Shown here: in pieces, positions 7,052 through 15,246 of the stretch
Layout: the number at the start of each line of letters is the position of its first letter
How positions within the stretch are numbered: the first letter of the stretch is position 1
IMG/VR virus record: IMGVR_UViG_3300030107_000109
Location: 1 to 27,400 of that record
Source: a virus
Lineage: Duplodnaviria > Caudoviricetes
Strand: one strand, 5' to 3'
DNA length: 27,400 bases
Program-made: the position numbers and the translations under genes
Notes under the pieces: model-generated
The model's input: the letters and a program-made list of their open reading frames with translations, nothing else
What the model was told of the DNA's origin: nothing
Database searches by the model: none

Positions 7052-7658
7052 TTTCAAATTGTTTTTTTAATTTTTCTTTTACGTTTATATTTTTCTGTAA
7101 ATGTTGATGGATTTTACTCATAGTTTTTGGCCTATCCCATTTCTTTTGATTTTTTTGCCAACGCAATAATCTTAATTTTATTTCAAATGTAATTTGTTTT
7201 TGGTATCTCATTTTCTTTTTTCCCTCAGTCCAATAGTTTATAAAATCCTCTAACATATCTTTAGGATAATCAAAAGTCATAACCTCTAAAATAAATTTTT
7301 CTTTAGTTATATTTATATTACTTGTATTATTAATACTTGTATTATTACCTTTCATCTTTTTATGTATAGGGCTATCCATTTTTTTCGTGATACCTATACA
7401 TCTTTTTATTATCTGCTTTTTAGCGTTCCTTTCAACATTTACATTTATAAAACCTAATTTTTTTAAATCACTAATCCAACTGCTAATAGTGTTTTTGCTT
7501 ACTCCATACAATTCAGCAAAATAATTATTAGTTGCGTAACAATACCCTAACTTCCCACTTAGTGCAGTAATTTCTCCATATAAAAGTTTTGCATTAGGCT
7601 TTAAGTTAGAATACCTAACCTCAGCAGGTATTATAGCATAGTAATTAGGTTTATCCAT
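7038..7658 (-). CDS. Replication initiator / replisome organiser (N-terminal HTH)
   Basis: YYAIIPAEVRY..AKLLYGEITAL..GYCYATNNYFAELYGVSKNTISSWISDL; C-terminal FINYWTE. Confidence 0.85.
   Translation of the reverse strand: MDKPNYYAIIPAEVRYSNLKPNAKLLYGEITALSGKLGYCYATNNYFAELYGVSKNTISSWISDLKKLGFINVNVERNAKKQIIKRCIGITKKMDSPIHKKMKGNNTSINNTSNINITKEKFILEVMTFDYPKDMLEDFINYWTEGKKKMRYQKQITFEIKLRLLRWQKNQKKWDRPKTMSKIHQHLQKNINVKEKLKKQFENENN
7319..7409. repeat. Iteron-like and AT-rich repeats in the initiator gene (candidate origin)
   Basis: TACTTGTATTATTA x2 (7319, 7334); CATCTTTTTAT at 7353 and 7399 with variant CATTTTTTTCG at 7377. Confidence 0.55.
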
Positions 7659-8167
7659 TATAACATTTTAATTGTATAGTAATATTTCTCCATTGCAAAT
7701 TTAATATTTTCTAATTGACTTGAAAATTTAAAATAACAAGTGTTAATATCACAGATAGCCTCTCCGCTTTTTACTCTTAAAATAACATCTGAATCTTTAG
7801 ACTCTTTAACATTGTTTTTTAATAGATATTCCTTCATTAATTTACCATTGATGAAAATCTCTTTTTCATTATCAATATCCTTATATGCTTTGTAAACAGA
7901 AGAAAACGTATCTCTATAAAGACTGCAAGACCTGTATAAAAAACTATGTCTATTTTCATAATGATATATTAAACTCCTATCTCTATTTAATACTTTGCCA
8001 ATAACCTTTCTATGTATATCCTCTTCTGACCTGCCAATATAAGCCGCTACGGAACGTGCAACCTGCAAAGGTCTCTTGCGACTTCTTAATGCTAAAGAGC
8101 CTTTAGGCATGTTTAACACGTTTGTAGTAAGGTCGCATATTGCTTTAAAATTTAATTCCTCAGTCAT
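7658..8167 (-). CDS. DnaA domain IV-like HTH protein
   Basis: SRKRPLQVARSVAAYI...IGKVLNRDRSLIYH resembles Bac_DnaA_C. Confidence 0.7.
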   Translation of the reverse strand: MTEELNFKAICDLTTNVLNMPKGSLALRSRKRPLQVARSVAAYIGRSEEDIHRKVIGKVLNRDRSLIYHYENRHSFLYRSCSLYRDTFSSVYKAYKDIDNEKEIFINGKLMKEYLLKNNVKESKDSDVILRVKSGEAICDINTCYFKFSSQLENIKFAMEKYYYTIKML

Positions 8168-8169
8168 AA

Positions 8170-8502
8170 TTAAAATGGTAAATTATCATCATCTGTTGTT
8201 ACAAATTCAGACCTGTTATCTGTTGGGCTTTCATTTTGATTTACAAAAAACCAACCATCAATTTGATTGTAATACTTTCCGTTATATTCTCGTGAATAAA
8301 CATTACAGCTTATAGCAACCATATCTCCCTCTTTTAACTTATTCATTTGTTTAACCTTATCACCAAAACACTTGATAGCTATAATGTTATTAAATTTCTC
8401 TTCTGTATCTACTAAGATTGTTTGGCTTTCCCATGTCTTACCATTCTTAGAGGTTCCTGCTTCTGCTTGTAGTTTTTTAATTAATTTTCCTTTTACTTCC
8501 AT
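8170..8502 (-). CDS. DUF3127 OB-fold single-stranded DNA-binding protein
   Basis: GTSKNGKTW, SREYNGKYY, acidic DDDNLPF tail. Confidence 0.88.
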   Translation of the reverse strand: MEVKGKLIKKLQAEAGTSKNGKTWESQTILVDTEEKFNNIIAIKCFGDKVKQMNKLKEGDMVAISCNVYSREYNGKYYNQIDGWFFVNQNESPTDNRSEFVTTDDDNLPF

Positions 8503-8508
8503 AATTTT

Positions 8509-8682
8509 TTATTTTTTAATGATTTCTAAAATTTTTAATAGTTTTTGTTTCTCTTCTAATAATTCTAATTTTAATTTAAGATTGTTTTCTCTTACTCTCT
8601 CGCTTTCACTTTTAAAATACTCTAGCCTTTCGGTGTTATCTAAAGGTGTGTTAATGCTGTTTTTAGGTGTGTAATTGTCCAT
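8509..8682 (-). CDS. 57-aa coiled-coil protein
   Basis: MDNYTPKNSINTPLDNTERLEYFK...LLKILEIIKK; A-rich start context; not in the track. Confidence 0.7.
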   Translation of the reverse strand: MDNYTPKNSINTPLDNTERLEYFKSESERVRENNLKLKLELLEEKQKLLKILEIIKK

Positions 8683-8701
8683 GTTTTATAGTTTAGTTAA
8701 T

Positions 8702-8775
8702 AAAAAAGAGGGGGGAAGCATTTACAAAGGATAACTGCTGACATTAATAATCAATAATTGCTTAAAACCCCCCTC
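8702..8775 (-). terminator. Terminator-like structure with a large internal region
   Basis: GAGGGGGG/CCCCCCTC plus AAGCA/TGCTT stems enclosing 38 nt, then T6. Confidence 0.6.
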
Positions 8776-8778
8776 ATG

Positions 8779-9162
8779 TTATTTTTTAAATTCTTCTGAT
8801 TCATCTTCCCCAAACACTCCCAACTCATAAAAGCCTGTTAGCTTTAATACTGCTCTGCTCATGGCTCTTTTTTCTGCCATTTCCATTACATACCAACTAT
8901 TGGTGTTGCCCTCCTTAAATGTGTCACCTTTTAATGCAGAGCCAAATGTTTGTATTGTGTTTTCGTTTTTGATTGCAGTAGCCTGAACAGCAGCAAAATT
9001 AGGCTCACATTTAATTACATTGTAAGTAATATGTATGTTTTCAATAGCCTGTATTTTCTCTATACCGCTTCTAGTTATTATTATATAGTGTTGATGCTTA
9101 AAAACATCATCTTTTGTTAATTCGTATTTTATATATTTTTCTTTTAAAATATTAGTTTTCAT
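8779..9162 (-). CDS. Putative single-strand annealing/recombination protein
   Basis: MAEKRAMSRAVLKLTG motif, acidic C-terminus, next to the SSB gene. Confidence 0.55.
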   Translation of the reverse strand: MKTNILKEKYIKYELTKDDVFKHQHYIIITRSGIEKIQAIENIHITYNVIKCEPNFAAVQATAIKNENTIQTFGSALKGDTFKEGNTNSWYVMEMAEKRAMSRAVLKLTGFYELGVFGEDESEEFKK

Positions 9163-9491
9163 ATCGTTGTTATTAGTGCTAAGTTATTATCCATTTTATT
9201 ATATATTTCCTTGTATTCTTTTAGTTTCTTTTTAATGACCTTATTTCTATCTTTGTCATAAAAACGTGAATCTTTTGGCTCAGGCTTAAAATCAAAACCT
9301 TCATCTAAATTAAGCCCTGTTAGTTCTATATAATCATCTAAGGCTTTGTTTATCTGTTCTTGCGTTCCAAAGATTCTAATGCTAGGCTCTACCTTTTTAA
9401 GGTCTGTAAACCAACCATCAGGCGAAAGCTTTTCTATTGTCTTATATATTTCGTTATTATAAAAATAAAAATCTTGTGCTATCAATTCCAT
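9159..9491 (-). CDS. Early hypothetical protein
   Basis: ATG at 9491 (MELIAQDF), 2 nt after the upstream stop. Confidence 0.7.
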   Translation of the reverse strand: MELIAQDFYFYNNEIYKTIEKLSPDGWFTDLKKVEPSIRIFGTQEQINKALDDYIELTGLNLDEGFDFKPEPKDSRFYDKDRNKVIKKKLKEYKEIYNKMDNNLALITTI

Positions 9492-9493
9492 AA

Positions 9494-9751
9494 TTAGTAA
9501 TTTAATTGTATGTGAAGCAACATAGAGCAAATAGTAGCTGCAATTAGTACACTTGTTATTAGCCAAACTGGTATTTTATTTAAATAAGTAATTTCTTGTA
9601 TATCGTAATCACCATACATATTACGTTTACCATACTTATTCCAGTTTGACATTTGCGTTTTGCTATGAGAAAAGAATATATCCTTTTCTTCTTGATTCAT
9701 AACTTGTGTGTTACCGCTTACTTTGTTTGTAATTTTGTAATTTGTTTTCAT
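9494..9751 (-). CDS. First early gene; small protein with a C-terminal TM segment
   Basis: IPVWLITSVLIAATICSMLL; directly downstream of the early promoter. Confidence 0.75.
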   Translation of the reverse strand: MKTNYKITNKVSGNTQVMNQEEKDIFFSHSKTQMSNWNKYGKRNMYGDYDIQEITYLNKIPVWLITSVLIAATICSMLLHIQLNY

Positions 9752-9774
9752 TTTATTTGTTTTTAATTATGGTA

Positions 9775-9804
9775 CAAAGATACAACAAAAAACGATATAA
9801 ACAA
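9775..9804 (-). promoter_or_regulatory. Early promoter, Bacteroidota consensus
   Basis: TTG(9804-9802)-N19-TATCTTTG(9782-9775). Confidence 0.85.
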
Positions 9805-9866
9805 GTTTATTCACAAAAAATATTAAAAAAAATGCTTTTATATCTAGTAAATTATTTTAAAAAAAC

Positions 9867-9947
9867 TTATAAATTAAGCAATAGAATGGTAAAAATGATT
9901 AAAAAATACAATATAAATAGACGTATATTTGTTTGTTTTTCGGTCAT
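9867..9947 (-). CDS. 26-aa single-TM micro-peptide
   Basis: MTEKQTNIRLFILYFLIIFTILLLNL; TAATG overlap with the phosphoesterase stop. Confidence 0.6.
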   Translation of the reverse strand: MTEKQTNIRLFILYFLIIFTILLLNL

Positions 9948-10675
9948 TATAGCGGCATTAATAGATTAATAGGTGTTGTTCCTCCTAAAACCACCCCACA
10001 GGCAATAGCAGGTTTTTTTCCTCTTTTAGCGTATGCCATTGCATAAGTATCATGGTCAATCCCACAACCTACCTGCATTCCAAATACTCTAAAATTTTGT
10101 CCTACATAGTGTTCTATATAGCATTGAGTATGTAAATGCCCTTGTACTGTGTTCATCATATCAGCCCTACATTTTGTTCTGCTCGTACCTGCCTCTCCAT
10201 GAATGTATTGAACATTATCTATAACTAACCTATCTAAAAATTCCCATCCAGGAACCTCTAAAACTTCTTTATAAGACTTAATCCACTTGCTAGGTATTAA
10301 TGAGGTTTGGGCTTTTCGCATTATCATCCTATCATGATTGCCTACTATTACAGTTGCTTTAGGGAAAACCTTATACCATTTAGCTATTTTACTTATTGCA
10401 TGTTCTAGTTCTTGCTTTCCTGTATATTCAGCCTCAATATCTATTTCATGAAAACTCGTATAATGATTATCTATAATATCGCCAATCATCACTACATCTG
10501 TGCAGTTCCAGGTTTCATATTGCTCCAAGCAAAACTCTAAGTATCCATCTAAACAAAATGGTTCGTGCAAGTCGCCAACAACTAGGACGTTCCTAGTGTC
10601 AGCTTCTCGCATTTTTTTTAGTACCGCTATCTCATGCGGCTTTAATCTGTACCTGTTATTACTTCTTTGCTGCAT
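9947..10675 (-). CDS. Calcineurin-like metallophosphoesterase
   Basis: GDLH, GDIID, GNHD, HG and GHLH motifs. Confidence 0.9.
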   Translation of the reverse strand: MQQRSNNRYRLKPHEIAVLKKMREADTRNVLVVGDLHEPFCLDGYLEFCLEQYETWNCTDVVMIGDIIDNHYTSFHEIDIEAEYTGKQELEHAISKIAKWYKVFPKATVIVGNHDRMIMRKAQTSLIPSKWIKSYKEVLEVPGWEFLDRLVIDNVQYIHGEAGTSRTKCRADMMNTVQGHLHTQCYIEHYVGQNFRVFGMQVGCGIDHDTYAMAYAKRGKKPAIACGVVLGGTTPINLLMPL

Positions 10676-10853
10676 CTGCAAAGCCTTGCCCTAATACTAA
10701 AGCACCGATACTTATTAAAATGTTTTTAACCTCTTCAGGATTTAATCCAAAAGTGTCACTTAATAAAGTTGTTACAATTCCAATTACTGTGTACCAGAAC
10801 TTTCTGCTTTTAAGCATAGAGCCAATTAGATACTTGTTTAAAAAGTCATTCAT
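10659..10853 (-). CDS. Putative holin (2 TM)
   Basis: LKSRKFW followed by two hydrophobic segments; next to the endolysin. Confidence 0.7.
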   Translation of the reverse strand: MNDFLNKYLIGSMLKSRKFWYTVIGIVTTLLSDTFGLNPEEVKNILISIGALVLGQGFADAAKK

Positions 10854-10882
10854 GATTATTTATTTTAGTTAGTAAATTTATT

Positions 10883-11251
10883 TTAATTATAAAGCCAAAT
10901 AACATCTTGGTCTTTCTGTTTATCAACATCACAATGTATAAAACTCTTACCGATTCCAATTCTTGTTATTCCCACCTCCATTAAAGATTTAACTATTATA
11001 TATCTATCCCTGCTGCCATTATATGCAATATCTGCTGCACGACCTACATCCCCTGTGTGGCTAGAGCCTACACGCCCACCCACTTTACTATTCCACGCCT
11101 TAGTTCTATATCCACTATTTATTTTAAATGGAATACCTGCATTATGCCTTGCATAGTCTAATTTTTCTAGGAATTTTTTATCCATTTTTGAACCTGAGTT
11201 TGGTTCGTCAGGGCTATCAAATTCAGATAGTTTAAAATATTTTAAGTCCAA
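10883..11251 (-). CDS. Endolysin, peptidase M15 family
   Basis: FKLSEFDSPD, INSGYR, SSH..GRAADI, FIHCD; likely TTG start at 11251. Confidence 0.9.
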   Translation of the reverse strand: MDLKYFKLSEFDSPDEPNSGSKMDKKFLEKLDYARHNAGIPFKINSGYRTKAWNSKVGGRVGSSHTGDVGRAADIAYNGSRDRYIIVKSLMEVGITRIGIGKSFIHCDVDKQKDQDVIWLYN

Positions 11252-11252
11252 A

Positions 11253-11378
11253 TTATATGTAATATGATTTGTAAATCTTGCAGCCCTTAACTTCTTTAAT
11301 AAATATGTTACGCATTTTAACACTATTATCTGTTTTAATATACTTAGGGTTGCTGCTATTTAATTTTCTTTTTTTCAT
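11253..11378 (-). CDS. 41-aa basic micro-protein
   Basis: MKKRKLNSSNPKYIKTDNSVKMRNIFIKEVKGCKIYKSYYI; ATGA-coupled. Confidence 0.6.
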   Translation of the reverse strand: MKKRKLNSSNPKYIKTDNSVKMRNIFIKEVKGCKIYKSYYI

Positions 11379-11455
11379 CTGCAATTACCACATGAATTTA
11401 AGCAATACCTACCGCCTGTTATTATGTCTATTATTTTACAAATTATTGTTTTCAT
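11375..11455 (-). CDS. 26-aa Cys-rich micro-peptide
   Basis: MKTIICKIIDIITGGRYCLNSCGNCR; overlaps both neighbours. Confidence 0.55.
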   Translation of the reverse strand: MKTIICKIIDIITGGRYCLNSCGNCR

Positions 11456-11597
11456 ATTTTATAAATTTATAAATTGTAAATCCTATTGCCAAAACTAAGG
11501 ATACAAAAGTTAATATTTCGTTGCAATCTGTTAGGCTAAAACCGATAGCTGAACCATTAGCCAACCCTACTTGTATTGTGTCTTTTAAGTCGCTCAT
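11436..11597 (-). CDS. 53-aa holin-like membrane protein
   Basis: MSDLKDTIQVGLANGSAIGFSLTDCNEILTFVSLVLAIGFTIYKFIKYENNNL. Confidence 0.7.
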   Translation of the reverse strand: MSDLKDTIQVGLANGSAIGFSLTDCNEILTFVSLVLAIGFTIYKFIKYENNNL

Positions 11598-11679
11598 TTT
11601 TATTTAATTTAGGCTTACTTTCCAAGTAGGATTTTAGCTTAGTTATATTTGTATTTTTTGGTTTATAGTGTTTCTTCAT
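11557..11679 (-). CDS. 40-aa basic micro-protein
   Basis: MKKHYKPKNTNITKLKSYLESKPKLNKNERLKRHNTSRVG; TAATG overlap with the adaptor gene. Confidence 0.6.
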   Translation of the reverse strand: MKKHYKPKNTNITKLKSYLESKPKLNKNERLKRHNTSRVG

Positions 11680-12239
11680 TATGTTAAGTCAGGTGTTAAG
11701 AAGTCTCTCAAAGTTAATTTATTACCTTGTCTAGGTCTTTCAAGATTCATACCTGCATAGTAATTATCAGTTGATGGGCTAACATCTGCACCTGAGTTTG
11801 TTGAGTAGGCAGGAAAACTAGATGTATTATTTCTAATATAGTCTATTAGCCTTTCACGATAGTAACTAGCCGTGTTCATAACCTCCTCTCTTAAATGCTG
11901 TGCCTCTTCTGTTGTTAAAGATGTTCCTGTTTCTGATGTTTTAGAATAAATATTGCCATTCTCAAATTTAAACCTTAAAAATGGAATAGCATGATACACC
12001 GCATATCCTGGCAAACATTCAGCAATATAATCATCTACTAATGTCTTATCTGCACCTGCTAATGTTCCTGCTGTTATCTGTGCTTTTAAATGGGCTGTTA
12101 AATCTGTACCTAATGCAGTTTCTATATACAATTTCTGTGCTTCTCTCACAAATGGAAGTAAAATTGCAGGGTCTATATTTAGATTCAAAGCTGTTGAATC
12201 TTTTAGTTTATCTTCTGATATAAATAATACGTATGACAT
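11679..12239 (-). CDS. Putative head-tail adaptor/connector
   Basis: Helical 186-aa protein after the portal (AQKLYIETALGTDL...YYRERLIDYI). Confidence 0.6.
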   Translation of the reverse strand: MSYVLFISEDKLKDSTALNLNIDPAILLPFVREAQKLYIETALGTDLTAHLKAQITAGTLAGADKTLVDDYIAECLPGYAVYHAIPFLRFKFENGNIYSKTSETGTSLTTEEAQHLREEVMNTASYYRERLIDYIRNNTSSFPAYSTNSGADVSPSTDNYYAGMNLERPRQGNKLTLRDFLTPDLT

Positions 12240-12260
12240 AAGTTGTTGATTATCAGGTTG

Positions 12261-14270
12261 TTATCTTGGTTCTAAAAATCCGTTATTTCTCATAGTCTTA
12301 GGTGCCTTAGCAACTAAACTATCGTTTCTTTTTATTGTAAAGCCCTCACTTCTAGCTTTTGTAGCTGTTATAATCTTATCTGTTGTTATATTATCAGGAT
12401 AAACAACAAAACCCTCATCACTAGCAGGAGCCTGATACACGATTCTGCGGAAATAATGATGGCAGTTGCCACCGCCCTTATACAGCCAAATTGAGTAGGT
12501 AGCAGCACCTCTAGGTCCCCATCCTGGATTTACAGGCATTGTTGACATTCTTAAAATATCTTCTTTACGATATACTTTTTTACTAGCCATCATCAATTTG
12601 CAAAAGCTTCTAGTTTCGCCCTCTTGACTTAAAGCATTGTTTTTAGTGTACATGTATCTTACCTTAAAAAATTTATCACCATCTTTATTTAATCCATCTT
12701 GCTCACTTCTAACATTTGGGTTTTGCCTACCAGTAGATATAAACTCAAATTTTTCACTAGCTACCTTATTTAGTTCCTCTTCAAAATCAAAATCCTGATG
12801 CTCCCCATCTACTATTTCATCATCTACAATTTCCCAATCCTCTGGAATGTCCTCACCAAATTCCTCAATAAACCTAGATAGTTCTGTTGCCTCTTCATGC
12901 CCCTCACACGCCATATAAGCCGTTTTTCCCTCATATTCATGCTCATGGTACCCCTCGCACCCTTTTGTCTTTGCGTAAGCCTCAGCCTCTTCTATGGTGC
13001 TAAAAACAGGCTCTCCATCAATCATACCTACTTTACTAAGTTTTACATCCTGCTCTATTGTATCTTCATCACCCAAAGGTTCTAGCCCTAATTCCTCACG
13101 TATTTCATCAGTAGTCATAACTTCTCTGATTGTCTTAGAATCAAATTGTACTGTGATTGGTTTTAATTGTACAAAGCGAACAGGCATATCCATATTGTTA
13201 ACTTGGAATATTTTTCTAAGCTGTTTGATTAGCATATCTTGGAAAGGAATAATCACTGTTTGTCTGTAAAAATCAGCAGCGTTTATTAATTCATCAGTAT
13301 TTGAAGAAAAGCCGTTTTTGCTATCAATACCCATTAGAGTTTTAGATGTTACTCTATGCCCACTTAAAATGTTTTGTGTTAATAGTTCCTGTAACGCTAG
13401 ATATTGCTTATCCAAATCAGATGGTGTTATAGCATTAATTTCAGGAGTTCTAGTCTTATCATCTGAAAATGTAAGAATAAATTTACCTGCATTATTTTGC
13501 CCTGTAAATTTAGCCGACAAACTCTGCTCTATCTGATGCCTTTCCTCTTGCGTTGGTATTCCATTTGAAAAATTAATCATGAAACTCCCAGAAAATCCTG
13601 AGCTTATTGCGTTGAGATGGTACTCGCTAATCCTGGAATCTATTAAAGCCCAATTATTGCAACTAACATAATCTGGAGTGTAGTAGCTATTCATGTTAGG
13701 GCTATAAAGACCTGCATACATTATTTGATTTGCTGAGGTTCTATCATTAGCATTAAAAGCAGGTACGTAATAAGGCTTGTTTTGTCTAGTATTACTCCAA
13801 TCAGAACTTATATAATATCCTGGTGTTTTGCCAAATTCATCAGGTTTTGCACATCTTATTTTTTCAACAGGTACGTGATATATTTCTGCTATTTGTGTTC
13901 TATCTTTACTCCATACAATATTAAGAGCAAATGCACCTTGTAGTTTAAAATCAAAAGACAATTTTTTTATTACTTCATGTAGGCTCTCGTTACCATTTGC
14001 CCTATCCATAAAGTTTTGTAGTTTTACTCTAGCCTCTAAATCTCTATCCTCTTCATCTTCTATTATCAAATCCTCTCCTGCTATCATTTCTGAGGTGGCA
14101 TTAATAATAGCAGCAGTAATAGAACTAGAGTAGTATAAGTCTATTAAGAATTGAGGATATAAATTACGCCAATCATCTGTTCCATATTCTATCCAATCCC
14201 TACCTCTAGTTTCAGATATTATTGGTGCTGTGCTAGTTTCTAAATTAATATTAATAATATTGTCTTTCAT
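12261..14270 (-). CDS. Portal protein with C-terminal extension
   Basis: DFKLQGAFALNIVW, HVPVEKIR, FTGQNNAGK, ILSGHRVTS, TTDEIREELGLEPL portal motifs. Confidence 0.88.
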   Translation of the reverse strand: MKDNIININLETSTAPIISETRGRDWIEYGTDDWRNLYPQFLIDLYYSSSITAAIINATSEMIAGEDLIIEDEEDRDLEARVKLQNFMDRANGNESLHEVIKKLSFDFKLQGAFALNIVWSKDRTQIAEIYHVPVEKIRCAKPDEFGKTPGYYISSDWSNTRQNKPYYVPAFNANDRTSANQIMYAGLYSPNMNSYYTPDYVSCNNWALIDSRISEYHLNAISSGFSGSFMINFSNGIPTQEERHQIEQSLSAKFTGQNNAGKFILTFSDDKTRTPEINAITPSDLDKQYLALQELLTQNILSGHRVTSKTLMGIDSKNGFSSNTDELINAADFYRQTVIIPFQDMLIKQLRKIFQVNNMDMPVRFVQLKPITVQFDSKTIREVMTTDEIREELGLEPLGDEDTIEQDVKLSKVGMIDGEPVFSTIEEAEAYAKTKGCEGYHEHEYEGKTAYMACEGHEEATELSRFIEEFGEDIPEDWEIVDDEIVDGEHQDFDFEEELNKVASEKFEFISTGRQNPNVRSEQDGLNKDGDKFFKVRYMYTKNNALSQEGETRSFCKLMMASKKVYRKEDILRMSTMPVNPGWGPRGAATYSIWLYKGGGNCHHYFRRIVYQAPASDEGFVVYPDNITTDKIITATKARSEGFTIKRNDSLVAKAPKTMRNNGFLEPR

Positions 14271-14281
14271 ATTTTTTTATT

Positions 14282-14959
14282 TTATAAAGCTGCTAACCAT
14301 GTATTGACATTAGCTGTTAATGCCGCACTTGTACTGCTGTATATTTGTATCTCTCTCATGGTTCCATCATAAGGTGATGCATCTGTTTTTCTAATACCTA
14401 TTGCATCAATATCTGCTGTTCCTGTTTTAGTTCCTGAACTTGTTTGTTGTACGCCATCTACCCACATATTAACTGTACCGCTAGAACGTGTCAAAACCAT
14501 GTACTGCTCTCCACCAAAATTACCACTATTTAAAGTCAAATCTAAAGGAGCTGTACCATCAATTTTTACTCTTATTTTATTACTAGCCTGAAATCTTAAA
14601 AACTCTCCTGTTTCTGTTTGGTCTGCTAATAGCGTTCCTGTTGTAGCTGTTACGTTAAAACGAATACCAATTGTAAAGTCTCCTGTTAATTGTATTTGCG
14701 TTCCATCTAACTCTAAACATTCGTTGCTTGTAGGGTCAAATGTTAAAACCCCTGCTGAATACGCAGGTTGTTGTGCAGTATCCGATTGTTTCATTGTAAA
14801 ACCATTGCCTGAGCTATCTCTCCACTCGCTAACATCAGAACCATTTAAAACAATTCCTGTTGCCATTTTATACCACGCATAAACATTATCAGAGCCAGGT
14901 GTCCAACCGCCTTGAGGTCTTACTCTATTTAAGCTTAATTTTTGACTAAGTGATAACAT
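14282..14959 (-). CDS. Concanavalin A/LamG-like virion protein
   Basis: VSEWRDSSGNG...MWVDG...YDGTMREIQIY beta-sandwich pattern. Confidence 0.7.
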   Translation of the reverse strand: MLSLSQKLSLNRVRPQGGWTPGSDNVYAWYKMATGIVLNGSDVSEWRDSSGNGFTMKQSDTAQQPAYSAGVLTFDPTSNECLELDGTQIQLTGDFTIGIRFNVTATTGTLLADQTETGEFLRFQASNKIRVKIDGTAPLDLTLNSGNFGGEQYMVLTRSSGTVNMWVDGVQQTSSGTKTGTADIDAIGIRKTDASPYDGTMREIQIYSSTSAALTANVNTWLAAL

Positions 14960-14960
14960 A

Positions 14961-15236
14961 TTATGTAGTTGCCCCCTCGCTGTAACCTACGCCAACTCCG
15001 CTAGTAAGTTGTATTTGCGTAATATTCATAAATAAAGTTGTTCCTGCTGGTAGTGTTGTTTGTAATGCTGAATCTCCTGTTGCATCTGCTACTGTTATTG
15101 AACTTACCACGCTTTCCACAGGAAAGTAAACACAATACCAATCTTTGCTAGTTTGGTCTGCTGTTGTAAATATCTCAGTTCCGCCATTTTTACCTAGCTG
15201 CTCTGTTAATAATTGTTGTACGTTTTCTATTGCCAT
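14961..15236 (-). CDS. Small beta-rich virion protein
   Basis: TLPAGTTLF..ITQIQLTSG; paired with the LamG gene. Confidence 0.6.
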   Translation of the reverse strand: MAIENVQQLLTEQLGKNGGTEIFTTADQTSKDWYCVYFPVESVVSSITVADATGDSALQTTLPAGTTLFMNITQIQLTSGVGVGYSEGATT

Positions 15237-15246
15237 TTTTTAATTT

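Noticed and set aside
11252-11323. N-terminal extension of the endolysin as a signal/SAR sequence
   Set aside because: Overlaps a better-supported 41-aa ORF in another frame; TTG at 11251 follows its stop directly
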